A stretch of 64,000 bases of DNA from SAR202 cluster bacterium (GTDB lineage: Bacteria; Chloroflexota; Dehalococcoidia; Lucifugimonadales; Australimonadaceae), in NCBI GenBank assembly GCA_016872415.1, contig VGZX01000004.1, positions 3,879 to 67,878 of the forward strand, given 5' to 3'. The position numbers and the translations under genes are program-made. The notes below the pieces were generated by a model. It saw only the letters and a list, made by a program, of their open reading frames with translations. It searched no databases and was not told where the DNA came from. Below, piece by piece: positions 1-9,573 of this stretch (its first letter is position 1; every line of letters begins with the position of its first letter).

Positions 1-25
1 CGCGGATCGAACCGTCGCCGTGTAC

Positions 26-52
26 AGAGCCCCGCTCCAACAGCGGGGCTCT
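26..52. terminator. GC-rich hairpin downstream of mrp, possible terminator
   Basis: Perfect 11-bp inverted repeat AGAGCCCCGCT-ccaac-AGCGGGGCTCT; no clear U-tract on the minus strand. Confidence 0.45.
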
Positions 53-87
53 CGCTTCTTGGGAGGGCCAGGAGAGGCCTTGGCCGT

Positions 88-936
88 CTAGTGCTTGTGG
101 ACAGCCGGCAGCGCGTCGACCTCGGCAAGCCGCGCTTGCAGCCCCTTCCAGATGTGGTCGTACTCCTTGAGCACGTCCTTACTGGCGAGGACGCTGGGCT
201 TGGTGTCGGTGCGGTAGTCGCGCCGCATCGCGACCTGGCCGAGAAACGCGAGCCCCAGATCCTTCGCGAGCTGCTCGCCGGCGCCGCCGCCGAACATATC
301 GCCGGTCATGTTCTCCACGATGCCGAGGACGTTGACGTTGAGCTTACGGACCATGTTGATGGAGCGCTTGGCGTCGAGCGCGGCGAGACTCTGCGGCGTC
401 GTCACGATCACGAAACCGTCCAGCGTCAACGTTTGCATGATGGTCAGCGGCGCGTCGGACGTTCCCGGCGGCAGGTCGACGACGAGAAAGTCCAGGTCGC
501 CCCACTCGGTCATCTGGAGGAATTGGTTGATCGCGTTATGGATCATGGGACCGCGGAAGATGATCGCCTCGTCCTCCTTCTCTTGGAAGAAGGACATGGA
601 GACGACGCTGACGCCATGGGCCTCCGCCGGCTCGATGCGGCCCTCGTGGACGTGCGCGGGCTCGGTGGCGCCGATCACCTTGGCGACATTGGGGCAATCG
701 ATGTCGGCGTCGAGCAGGCCCACGCGGAAGCCCTGCTTGGCGAGGTAGGCGGCGAGGTTGACGGCCACGGTGGTCTTGCCGACGCCGCCCTTCCCGCTAT
801 AGACGCCGATTTTGGTCTTGATGCGGCCCAACGTTTCGGTGATGCGCCGGCGCTGCTCCCACTGGCCCTTGATCTGGCGCAGGCGCGCCTGGCGCTGTTC
901 TTCCGACATCTGCGGGGGCTGGTGCTGGTGTGTCAT
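88..936 (-). CDS. mrp: Mrp/NBP35 (ApbC) family P-loop ATPase, Fe-S carrier
   Basis: SGKGGVGKTT deviant Walker A, DADI, RGPM, DLPPGTSD, VTTPQ and ENM motifs; start placed at MTHQH. Confidence 0.92.
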   Translation of the reverse strand: MTHQHQPPQMSEEQRQARLRQIKGQWEQRRRITETLGRIKTKIGVYSGKGGVGKTTVAVNLAAYLAKQGFRVGLLDADIDCPNVAKVIGATEPAHVHEGRIEPAEAHGVSVVSMSFFQEKEDEAIIFRGPMIHNAINQFLQMTEWGDLDFLVVDLPPGTSDAPLTIMQTLTLDGFVIVTTPQSLAALDAKRSINMVRKLNVNVLGIVENMTGDMFGGGAGEQLAKDLGLAFLGQVAMRRDYRTDTKPSVLASKDVLKEYDHIWKGLQARLAEVDALPAVHKH

Positions 937-1025
937 TCGTCGCTCCTCGGAGCCGCGCGGGTCGCGGGCAAGCAAGCGCCCCGACGGGTGATCGGGGCGC
1001 GCGAGATGGAGATTAGGATAGCACG

Positions 1026-1337
1026 TCAGTCGATGCCGAGGAGCTTCTTGCCCTCGTCGGTGATGCGCTCGGGGCTCCACGGCGGCTCGAAGACGATTTC
1101 GACGTTGACGTCGTTGACGCCCTCGAGCTCGGCGATGGCCCACTCGGCCTGTTGCGCGATGTAGGGGCCCATGCCGCATCCGGCGGCGGTGAGCGTCATC
1201 GTGACCTTCACGTTGTTCTCGGGCGTCACGTCCACGCCGTAGATCAATCCGAGGTCTACCACGTTCACGGGAATCTCGGGATCGTAGACGTCGCGGAGAG
1301 CGTCCTTCACCTGCTCGGTCGTCAATGACTGCGCCAT
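1026..1337 (-). CDS. sufT: DUF59/SufT Fe-S assembly protein
   Basis: DPEIPVNVVDLGLIY, TLTAAGCGMG and FEPPW motifs. Confidence 0.88.
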   Translation of the reverse strand: MAQSLTTEQVKDALRDVYDPEIPVNVVDLGLIYGVDVTPENNVKVTMTLTAAGCGMGPYIAQQAEWAIAELEGVNDVNVEIVFEPPWSPERITDEGKKLLGID

Positions 1338-1379
1338 CGCCGTTCCCTCTTTTCTAGGCCATGATCGGCTTCAAGGACT

Positions 1380-1409
1380 ATTGTAGGAAAAGGCGATTTC
1401 CATTGTCAA
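1380..1409 (-). promoter_or_regulatory. sigma70-type promoter for sufT-mrp
   Basis: TTGACA-18 nt-TACAAT on the minus strand. Confidence 0.7.
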
Positions 1410-1412
1410 GAA

Positions 1413-2412
1413 TTACTGGCGGGCGGCTTGGCTGTCCACGACGGCCTTCACGAACGCCTCCGCGTGTTCGCGGCTGCCGGCCAGCGCGAAATACATCGTG
1501 GCGCCGAACCGCGTCACCATGAGGTGCAAGCCCGGCTCAATGGGCCGGTGATACGCCCTTTGACCTTCCACGGCGGCCGCCTCCAGGCCAGCCTTGCCGG
1601 CGAAGCTGTCCAGCGTCCAGCCGAGCATCAGGCCGCCCACGCCCGCGTTGCCCACCGCGATGATGCCAAGCCCGGCTTCGCGGAAGGCTTCGGGCCGTGG
1701 GCTCGCCCGGCACCCGCGCGATATCGCTGGCGTAGACGGCGAATGCATGGTTCTCCAGCTTGATGGAGGCCAGGGCGCCGTCGAGCCCGGCCGCTTCCAC
1801 GCCGCGCCCCGCCAGCAGCGTGTCGACACCCGAGGAGGCGTTGCGGATGAAACCGGCCGCGATGGCCTCGCCCGGCGCGTCCTCGGGCAATAGGCGCACC
1901 GTGTGCCACAGCTCCGGATAGCGCGATGCGATGCTGGCCCGCGTGTCCGAGGACCAGGCGCGTTGGAGGTCGCTGGCCCAGACGGGGTCAGTCGAGGCGC
2001 CGAGGTGCAGCGCGGACCCGCTCGCGGTGACCCACGACAACTGCCTTGCTCTGTCGCCCGCCTCGATGCGCGCGGCAAGGGCAGAGGCCGCCCGCGCGTC
2101 TCGCAGGTCGGCGTAAACGCCCCATTCGCTCCGCGCGGCGCGCGCGGCGACCTCCAAGACGTGCGGGACGCTGTGAGTTTGGCCGGCGAGATCGCTGTCG
2201 CCGAACGCCGAGGTTGCCAAGCGCACCCCTTGCGCGCTCCCGCCGTAAACGTAGGCGTTCAGCTCCACATCGGGGATGCCGCGCGCCTCGAACCCCGGCG
2301 GTAGCTCCGGCTCGCCCGGAGTGGCGGCCGCCACGCATGCCGCGAGCGAGCTTATGGCGGCCAACAAGGTGGCAAGCGTCGAGACAGCGGACCTAACGCG
2401 GCGAAGGCGCAT
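1413..2412 (-). pseudogene. Putative lipoprotein of unknown function, frameshifted near 1695
   Basis: Signal peptide with LAAC lipobox; protein-like sequence switches from ORF 1537..2412 to the frame of ORF 1413..2078 (EAFREAGLGII...); total span 1000 nt = 3n+1. Confidence 0.6.
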
Positions 2413-4453
2413 GCGGGCGCTCCCCTTTCGATGCGATCGCGGCGACCTCTTGCGTCGCCATCAGTTTCTTCACTTCCACCATCTCGTCGCGGAGCAGCGC
2501 CGCCTTCTCGAACTCCAGGTTCTTGGCGGCGGCGCGCATTTGTTTGTCCAGGTCGGCCGCCAGCTTCGCGAGGTCCACCTTCGAGAGGTCGCGGCGCACC
2601 GCGTACTCGGCTTTCGGTTCGGCGGCCTCGCGCACGCGCTCCGTGATGTCGTGCACGGCCTTCACGATGCCCTCCGGCTTGATGCCGTGCGCCTCGTTGT
2701 AGGCGCTCTGGATCGCGCGGCGCCGCGTCGTTTCGTCCATCGCGGAGCGCATGGAATCGGTGACGCGGTCGGCGTACATGATGACTTGGCCGTTCACATG
2801 CCGCGCCGCCCGGCCCATCGTCTGGATGAGCGACGGGGTCGAACGGAGGTAGCCTTCCTTGTCGGCGTCAAGGATGGCGACGAGGCTGACCTCGGGTAGG
2901 TCGAGGCCCTCACGGAGGAGGTTGATGCCGACGACGACGTCGTAGATGCCGAGTCGCAAGTCGCGCAGAATCTCGATGCGCTGCAGCGTGTCGACCTCGG
3001 AGTGCAGATAGTGCACCTTGACGTTCATCTCCCGCAGGTAGTCGGCCAGCTCCTCCGCCATGCGTTTCGTCAGCGTCGTCACGAGAGAACGTTCGCCGCG
3101 CCGCACGCGCAGGTTAATCTGCTCGAGCAGGTCGTCGATCTGTCCTTTGGTCGGTTTAACTTCAATCGTTGGGTCGACCAGGCCCGTTGGGCGGATCACC
3201 TGCTCGACCACTTGCTGGCTCTGCTGCATCTCATAGGGCCCCGGCGTGGCCGACACGAAGACCACCTGATTCACGCGGCGCTCGAACTCCTCGAAGCTCA
3301 ACGGGCGGTTGTCGCGCGCGGAGGGGAGCCGCCAGCCGTAGTCGATGAGCTGGTCCTTGCGCGACATCTCGCCGTGGAACATGGCGCGGAGTTGCGGCAC
3401 GCCCATGTGCGATTCGTCGATGAACATGAGGTAGTCGTCGGGGAAGTAGTCGAGCAGCGTCCACGGCGCGCTGCCGCGCGGGCGGCGGCCAATGGGCTGC
3501 GAGTAGTTTTCGATGCCGGCGCAGTAGCCGGTTTCCTTCAGCATCTCCAGGTCATACTTCACGCGGTGCTCGAGGCGCTGCGCTTCCAGCAGCTTGTTGT
3601 GCTGGCGGAACCACTCGATGCGCTCCCGCAGCTCGTCCTCGATGTCGACGACGGCCGCGTCGAGCTTGTCTTTCGACGTGACGAAGTGCTTGGCCGGGTA
3701 GATGTCGATGCGGTCACGCTCGGCGATCAGCTCGCCGGTGAGCGGGTCGAGCACGACGATGCGCTCCACCTCGTCACCGAAGAACTGGATGCGGACGGCG
3801 TGATCGTCGTAGGCGGGCAAAATCTCCAGCGTGTCGCCACGGATGCGGAACTTCGTGCGGGCAAGGTCGTAATCGTTCCGCTCGTACTGCATTTCGATCA
3901 GGCGGCGCACCATCTTGTTACGGTTCTTGCGCTCGCCTTTCCGCACCGTTTCGACGAAGTTGAAGTATTCCGACGGCGAGCCCAAGCCGTAGATGCAGGA
4001 GACCGAGGCAACGACGAGGGTGTCGCGGCGCGTCATCAGCGCGCGCGTGGAGGCGTGGCGCAGTTTGTCGATCTCGTCGTTGATGTCCGCTTCCTTTTCG
4101 ATGTAGGTGTCGGTGCTGGGAACGTACGCCTCCGGCTGGTAGTAGTCGTAGTACGAGACGAAGTATTCGACGGCGTTGTTCGGAAAGAACTCGCGGAACT
4201 CCGTCGCCAGCTGCGCGGCGAGTGTCTTGTTCGGCGCGATCACCAAGGTGGGCTTTTGTATCGCCTCCACCACCTTGGCCATGGTGTAGGTCTTGCCGGA
4301 GCCGGTCACGCCGAGCAGCGTTTGGGCGCGCATGCCAGCGCGCACGCCATCCGCCAGCTTGTGGATCGCCTGCGGCTGGTCGCCGCGCGGCTCGAAGTCG
4401 GAGACGACTTTGAACGGCACGCCTTCGTCGGTGCGTTGAATCGATAGTGTCAT
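2393..4453 (-). CDS. uvrB: Excinuclease ABC subunit B
   Basis: [33 protein letters not shown] and C-terminal FEKAALLRD. Confidence 0.98.
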   Translation of the reverse strand: MTLSIQRTDEGVPFKVVSDFEPRGDQPQAIHKLADGVRAGMRAQTLLGVTGSGKTYTMAKVVEAIQKPTLVIAPNKTLAAQLATEFREFFPNNAVEYFVSYYDYYQPEAYVPSTDTYIEKEADINDEIDKLRHASTRALMTRRDTLVVASVSCIYGLGSPSEYFNFVETVRKGERKNRNKMVRRLIEMQYERNDYDLARTKFRIRGDTLEILPAYDDHAVRIQFFGDEVERIVVLDPLTGELIAERDRIDIYPAKHFVTSKDKLDAAVVDIEDELRERIEWFRQHNKLLEAQRLEHRVKYDLEMLKETGYCAGIENYSQPIGRRPRGSAPWTLLDYFPDDYLMFIDESHMGVPQLRAMFHGEMSRKDQLIDYGWRLPSARDNRPLSFEEFERRVNQVVFVSATPGPYEMQQSQQVVEQVIRPTGLVDPTIEVKPTKGQIDDLLEQINLRVRRGERSLVTTLTKRMAEELADYLREMNVKVHYLHSEVDTLQRIEILRDLRLGIYDVVVGINLLREGLDLPEVSLVAILDADKEGYLRSTPSLIQTMGRAARHVNGQVIMYADRVTDSMRSAMDETTRRRAIQSAYNEAHGIKPEGIVKAVHDITERVREAAEPKAEYAVRRDLSKVDLAKLAADLDKQMRAAAKNLEFEKAALLRDEMVEVKKLMATQEVAAIASKGERPHAPSPR

Positions 4454-4770
4454 GGCTGCTCTCCCAGCATGCACCGCAAGAGGGCGCGGATCCGCGGCGT
4501 CTCGCGAAGGGCCTCAGCGAACCGGTCGATCGCTTCCTTGTTCACCATCATGGGGCCACGGCCGAAGCGCGGGCCATGGTAGTAGCAAAACCGCAGCGCC
4601 TCGGCGCCGTCGTCGTAGCGCAGCAGTTGAATCGTGGGCTCATGCCAAGGCGTCGGCTTCGCTGCCTCCTCGACGATTTGGCCGGCGCCCCACGGCATCG
4701 CGAAGGGGCGCGGCACGGGGCGCGAAGCTGTCGCGGGCTCGGCTACGGGCTTGCTCATCCGCTTGACCAT
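4450..4770 (-). CDS. Hypothetical protein coupled to uvrB
   Basis: GGAGGTG SD upstream, protein-like composition, stop overlaps the uvrB start (ATGA). Confidence 0.7.
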   Translation of the reverse strand: MVKRMSKPVAEPATASRPVPRPFAMPWGAGQIVEEAAKPTPWHEPTIQLLRYDDGAEALRFCYYHGPRFGRGPMMVNKEAIDRFAEALRETPRIRALLRCMLGEQP

Positions 4771-4851
4771 GGCATCACCTCCGCCGGCGCGGCTCTAGCG
4801 GCCCACCATTCATGGTAAGCCTGGCGTCGCTACAGTGTATCGCGACGGGGA

Positions 4852-5628
4852 TCAAACGGCCCGGCGCGCCAGCCACACCATGTCATCGCTGTGGGGCCGC
4901 AGCGGGCCGCCCTTGAAGTCGCCGTGGACCGCCTCCGGCGCGAACCCGGATAGGCGGAGCAGGTGCTCCATCTCGAAGCGGAACGTGTAGCGCACGTCGA
5001 ACTCGTGGTGCAGGCGCCGCGAGACCTTGCCGCCGGGCCGCACCTCGCGGAGATCGACCCGGACGTGGTTGACCTGGGCCAGGTGGTCCCACCGATTGCG
5101 TCCGTGGATCGACCAGTAGCGACCGCCGCGCCCCTGCCGCACGTCGCGCAGGTGAAAGGGCGAAGTGTCCTCGTCGGCGAGCATCGAGATGTCCGGGTTG
5201 AAGAGGTCGAACGCGAGCAGGCCTCCCGGCGCGAGGTGCTCCGCGGCCGTCTGGAGCGCTGCGAACTGATCCTCGACCATGAGCATCGATTGGAATGAGC
5301 GGAAGGGCATGACAGCCAGCGCGAACCGCCGGTCGAGGCGCATCGTCCGCATGTCGTCGACGCGCAGGTGAATGCGGGAGCCGTATGGCGATGCGTCCGC
5401 TTTCCGCCTCGCGACGTCGAGCATCCTTGGCGACGCGTCGATGCCGGTGACGTCGGCGCCGGCCGCCGCCATTCGCAGCGTGACGCGGCCCGTTCCGCAG
5501 CCCAACTCCAGCACGGGGCCATGCGCCTCCGAGGCCAGGCGCGTGTAGAACGGCAGGTCGTGCTTCAGGTATGCGTAAACCTCGTCGTAGGTCTCTGCCC
5601 ATGCGTCGAACCATTGCGCCGGTTGCAC
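4852..5628 (-). CDS. Class I SAM-dependent methyltransferase
   Basis: VLELGCGTGR motif I, GIDAS, LAPGG. Confidence 0.9.
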   Translation of the reverse strand: MQPAQWFDAWAETYDEVYAYLKHDLPFYTRLASEAHGPVLELGCGTGRVTLRMAAAGADVTGIDASPRMLDVARRKADASPYGSRIHLRVDDMRTMRLDRRFALAVMPFRSFQSMLMVEDQFAALQTAAEHLAPGGLLAFDLFNPDISMLADEDTSPFHLRDVRQGRGGRYWSIHGRNRWDHLAQVNHVRVDLREVRPGGKVSRRLHHEFDVRYTFRFEMEHLLRLSGFAPEAVHGDFKGGPLRPHSDDMVWLARRAV

Positions 5629-5630
5629 GT

Positions 5631-5930
5631 TTACGCGGGTTTCGAGCGCGAGGCGCGTGTCTTGGGGGCGGCGGCTCGTGAGCGGCCGCCGGTCGAGCGC
5701 GGGTGCTTCGGCGTGGGGCCGCTGGGCGCCGGACCGCCAGCCGTGGCCTCCGTCTCGGTGCGCGGCATCGGCAGCGAGGCAAGCGGAGCGGGCGCGGCCC
5801 TGGCGACCTGCTCCGCTTCGCGCAGGATGCGCTCGGCGGTAAGGTAGTGCTCCAGCGCTTGCCCGTGGGGGTGCCCCGCGCGCTCCCAGAGCGTGTATGC
5901 GAGCTGCTCGATCTCTCGTTGCGCCGGCAT
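5631..5930 (-). CDS. DUF2934-like protein with a basic low-complexity tail
   Basis: IEQLAYTLWERAGHPHGQALEHYLTAE matches the DUF2934 pattern; AGGAGG SD. Confidence 0.75.
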   Translation of the reverse strand: MPAQREIEQLAYTLWERAGHPHGQALEHYLTAERILREAEQVARAAPAPLASLPMPRTETEATAGGPAPSGPTPKHPRSTGGRSRAAAPKTRASRSKPA

Positions 5931-6032
5931 GACTTGTTCCTCCTGATGTCGTGTGCCGTGCGACCTGTGGTGGTCGATGCGCGCACCAGTCTAGGGAACG
6001 AGATGCGCCAGCGGAACCGGGAAACGATGCGG

Positions 6033-6070
6033 GAAAAATGAACAGGGGAGAGAGCGAGCTCCCTCCCCTG
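6033..6070 (-). terminator. Intrinsic terminator after the small ORF
   Basis: Minus-strand stem CAGGGGAGGGAG-ctcg-CTCTCTCCCCTG (one G-U pair, possible only on this strand) followed by TTCATTTTT. Confidence 0.8.
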
Positions 6071-6098
6071 CCATCATCTTACCGCGGACACCAGCCGA

Positions 6099-6155
6099 TT
6101 ACTTCTTGCCAGGCTTGGCGGCGGGCTTGGCGGCGGGCTTGCCAGCGCTCTTCAT
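6099..6155 (-). CDS. 18-aa Lys/Ala/Pro micropeptide MKSAGKPAAKPAAKPGKK
   Basis: AAAGGAGG SD 9 nt upstream of ATG, TAA stop, terminator immediately downstream; below the ORF-track size cutoff. Confidence 0.7.
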   Translation of the reverse strand: MKSAGKPAAKPAAKPGKK

Positions 6156-6629
6156 TGTCCGTGCCCTCCTTTCATCGGATGCTGGTGGACAATCATTCGG
6201 GCCTGCCGTGTCATCGACCATGACCGACGAGACGCAGCCTTCGGCGCGTTTGGCCCTATCAGGTAATGTCGTTGGTTGCGCGAAGCCGGAGCCGCTGCGC
6301 GAACGCTCGCGGCCGGTTTGGCGGTGAGGGGGCCGGTGTTTGGAATCGACGTGTGAGGGATCGTGGCTATTGAACCCAGTGTCCGCACAGCGATCCGAAC
6401 GATGTCGTGTCTCTCGATAGGCTCGGCATCGTGGCTTAGGGCCACTGGCTGGCTATCTTTGAAACGTCGTGACGACGGCGCGTACATGCTGAAAGGCACG
6501 ACCTAAGAGTGTGTTGAAACTAGTGAAGATTAGATCATTCCTTTCACGTCACGTCAACGGAGAAACAGGCCTGTTGCCGGGCGATTTCAGTGGAGTTTCG
6601 CGAGTTGCCGTCCGAGGCCCCACGCGCTC

Positions 6630-7232
6630 TCAGCGGGGAGCGCCGAGTCGGCGCAGCGCGCGGCGCACGCGCTCCTCGACCGGCAGGCCCTCGGCGGACT
6701 CGACCGCCAACGCCTGCCGCGCCTCCGCGGCCGAGAAGCCGAGCCCCAACAGCCATTGCAAGGCGGGGTCGCCGGCGTCGTTGGAGGTGGCCGCCAGGAC
6801 GGTCGCGGGAATGCCGGCGCTCTCCTCCAGCTTGCCCTTGAGTTCCAAGACGATGCGCTCGGCGGTGCGCTTGCCGACGCCGTGGGCTCGCGTCAACGCG
6901 CGCGTGTCGCCGGCGACGATCGCGGCGGCGGCGTCGGCGGGCGAGAGGGCGGATAGCACGGCGAGCGCGACACGCGGCCCAACGCCGTTCACTTGCAGGA
7001 GCGCCTCGAAGAGCTGCAGGCCGGGCGCGGTGGCGAAACCGTAGAGCTGCAAGTCGTCCTCGCGCACCACCAGGTGCGTGTGCAGGTGCACCCGCGACTC
7101 GTCGGCTCGCATGCTTGCGAGATCGCTGGCGGGGACGGACACCTTCAGTGTCACGCCGCCGCCGATGCGAACGAGGGCGAAATCGGCGCCGCGGGATACG
7201 AGCACGCCTTCGATGGCGGCGACGAGGCTCAT
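6630..7232 (-). CDS. ruvA: Holliday junction branch migration protein RuvA
   Basis: HLVVREDDLQLYGF, VNGVGPR, GVGKRTAERIVLELK. Confidence 0.96.
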   Translation of the reverse strand: MSLVAAIEGVLVSRGADFALVRIGGGVTLKVSVPASDLASMRADESRVHLHTHLVVREDDLQLYGFATAPGLQLFEALLQVNGVGPRVALAVLSALSPADAAAAIVAGDTRALTRAHGVGKRTAERIVLELKGKLEESAGIPATVLAATSNDAGDPALQWLLGLGFSAAEARQALAVESAEGLPVEERVRRALRRLGAPR

Positions 7233-7729
7233 GCCGTTCGCACCTTGGCCGTCACCCGCCAGTGCGCGAGGTGGCAGAGGGCGACGGCGATGGCGTCCGA
7301 GGCGTCCTCGGCGATCGGCTCGGGCGGCAGGCCGAGCACTAGCTGTAGCGTGCGCTGCACCTGTGCCTTCGTGCTCGCGCCATAGTCGGCAACGGCGCTC
7401 TTCACCTGCGACGGCAGATAGCGATGGACCTCCATGCCCGCGCCGGCCGCCAGCAGCAGTCCCACGGCCTGCGCCTGCCCCACCGCGACCGCCGACTTGG
7501 CGCCACGCTCCGGCGCGACGAACGGCTCTTCGATGGCGAGGTGGTCAGGGCGCCACGCATCCACCACTTGCCCGAGCGCCAGATAGAGGAAGCGCAATCG
7601 CTGATGCACCGGTTGTCCGCGCGGTGCGTCCAGCGTGCCCCACGCCACGCAGCGGACGCTGGGCCCCGCCACTTCCAGAACGCCGTAGCCCATGTGCTGC
7701 GTTCCTGGGTCCACGCCGAGTACGCGCAC
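7229..7729 (-). CDS. ruvC: Holliday junction resolvase RuvC
   Basis: VLGVDPG, AIEEPF, DASDAIAVALCH. Confidence 0.96.
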   Translation of the reverse strand: MRVLGVDPGTQHMGYGVLEVAGPSVRCVAWGTLDAPRGQPVHQRLRFLYLALGQVVDAWRPDHLAIEEPFVAPERGAKSAVAVGQAQAVGLLLAAGAGMEVHRYLPSQVKSAVADYGASTKAQVQRTLQLVLGLPPEPIAEDASDAIAVALCHLAHWRVTAKVRTA

Positions 7730-7837
7730 CGGTCAACCTCCCCGCAGGCAAAACGAATGGCGCCTGCCTCGCGGCTGACGCCATTCTATGATGCCCATGT
7801 CCCATGGAGAACGGCCTGCCGCCACGCCTGCCGCCAA

Positions 7838-8599
7838 CTATGCGGCGCCGTATTCCTCCAGCGCTTCCTTGGCGAAGTCGGCGTTGGTGAACACCTGTTG
7901 CACGTCGTCCAATTCCTCGAGGCGGTCCATCAGGCGCAACGTTTGCACGGCGGAGCCGCCGTCGAGCGCCAGCGTCGTCTTCGGCACCATGCCGATGGTT
8001 GCGTTCGAGGCTTCGAGCCCGGCGGCCTTGACGATCTTGGTGATCGCTTCCAGGGAGGCGGGCGGGCCGATGATCTCCAGCGAGCCGTCTTCCACCTTGA
8101 AGTCGTCCGCTCCGGCGTCGATGGCGGCGAGTGCAACCTCCTCCGCCTTCGCCTCGTCAACGTCGTCGACGGTGACGATCGCCTTGCTGTCGAACACCCA
8201 ACCGACGGAGCCGGTTTCGCCAAGGTTGCCGCCGCCGCGCGTGAAAGCCGCCCGCACTTCGGAGGCCGTGCGGTTGCGGTTGTCGGTCATCGCCTTCACC
8301 AGGATCGCGGCGCCGCCGGGCCCATAGCCCTCGTAGGCGATCTCCTCGAAGCGCGCGCCGGAGTCGCTGACGCCGAGGCCCTTCTTGATAGCGCGCTCGA
8401 CGTTCTCGCCGGGCATGTTCGCCGCGCGCGCCTTGTCCACGGCGAGGCGCAGGCGGAAGTTCATGTTGACGTCGCCGCTGCCACCCTCGCGCGCGGCGAC
8501 GGATACTTCGCGGGCGAGCCGGGTAAAGGCGGCGCCCTTCTTCGCGTCGAGCGCCGCTTTCTTGTGCTTGATCGTCGCCCATTTGGAGTGACCGGACAT
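7838..8599 (-). CDS. yebC: YebC/PmpR family protein
   Basis: MSGHSKWATIKHKK, YEGYGPGG, TDNRNRT. Confidence 0.97.
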   Translation of the reverse strand: MSGHSKWATIKHKKAALDAKKGAAFTRLAREVSVAAREGGSGDVNMNFRLRLAVDKARAANMPGENVERAIKKGLGVSDSGARFEEIAYEGYGPGGAAILVKAMTDNRNRTASEVRAAFTRGGGNLGETGSVGWVFDSKAIVTVDDVDEAKAEEVALAAIDAGADDFKVEDGSLEIIGPPASLEAITKIVKAAGLEASNATIGMVPKTTLALDGGSAVQTLRLMDRLEELDDVQQVFTNADFAKEALEEYGAA

Positions 8600-8690
8600 G
8601 TGCTCATCTCCAACGTCCCGCGAACCGGCGGGTATGAGGTTCCAGGCATCAGTGGGATTCTAGCATCGGGGGCGCGCCGGGAGAGAACGC

Positions 8691-9368
8691 CTAGGCTTGC
8701 GGCGGCGCCGGAGCCTGGGGCGCCTGGCCGGCATCCCGATGGTGGGAGCGGCGCCGTCGCGGGCGGAGCGGGCGCGCCGGCTTGGGGGCCGCCACCGGTC
8801 GAGGCTCGAGGCCCTGGGGTATGGCGACGCGCATGCGTCTCGCGGCCAGGTCGACCTCCACCACCACGTCGCCGATGGCGGGAAGCAGCCACTCTTGCCG
8901 CTCGTCGCGCACCACGAATACATCGTTGGCGCCGGTTTCCAGCACCTCGACCAACCGGCCAAGCGGCTCGCCCGACTCGGCCACGACATCCATGTCGATG
9001 ATCTGATAGTGGTAGTAGGTGCCTTCGGGCGGCTTGGGGACGGCGCGTTCCGGCACGAACACCGGCTCGCGCACCAACTCTGCGCCCGCCTCCGGGCTGT
9101 CGATGCCGTTGAGCTTCACTAGCAGGATGTGCTGCTGTGTTTGAACGCGGGCGACCACGAAGCGTTGGCCCTTGATGTGGATGGCCGCGCGCGGCCGGAA
9201 CCGTTGGGGGTTGGCTGTCTGCGGAAGGATGCGCAAGCGGCCGTCGTGGCTGTGCGTGCCGACGACAACGCCAACCTGGACATAGGCATCCAGGGCCGCG
9301 GGTTTGGCGTCCGGCGTGGAAGCGGCGGTCTGTTCCTTGGGGGGCTTAGACGATCTCGAGGGTGACAC
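8691..9368 (-). CDS. rimM: Ribosome maturation factor RimM (start uncertain)
   Basis: VGVVVGTHSHDG, YYHYQIIDM, ETGANDVFVV; follows rpsP-KH. Confidence 0.9.
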   Translation of the reverse strand: MSPSRSSKPPKEQTAASTPDAKPAALDAYVQVGVVVGTHSHDGRLRILPQTANPQRFRPRAAIHIKGQRFVVARVQTQQHILLVKLNGIDSPEAGAELVREPVFVPERAVPKPPEGTYYHYQIIDMDVVAESGEPLGRLVEVLETGANDVFVVRDERQEWLLPAIGDVVVEVDLAARRMRVAIPQGLEPRPVAAPKPARPLRPRRRRSHHRDAGQAPQAPAPPQA

Positions 9369-9573
9369 GCTGGTCGTGCTTGATGGCCGCGACGCGGAGG
9401 AGCACGCGCATCGCCTGGGCCACCCGGCCTTGGCGGCCAATGATCTTGCCTTTGTCGTCGGGGTGGACCTCGAGCTTAATCACCACTTGTCCGTCGGCCA
9501 CCTCTTCCGCGACCTTCACGTCGTTCGGATTGGCGACGATGGACTTGGCGATGAGTTCGACCAACTCCTTCAT
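9346..9573 (-). CDS. khpA: KH-domain RNA-binding protein
   Basis: DKGKIIGRQGR GxxG loop; rpsP-khpA-rimM order. Confidence 0.92.
   Translation of the reverse strand: MKELVELIAKSIVANPNDVKVAEEVADGQVVIKLEVHPDDKGKIIGRQGRVAQAMRVLLRVAAIKHDQRVTLEIV

Noticed and set aside
4771-4851. LexA box (GAAC-N4-GTTC) upstream of the uvrB unit, ruvC or sbcC
   Set aside because: No convincing match found in these upstream regions.
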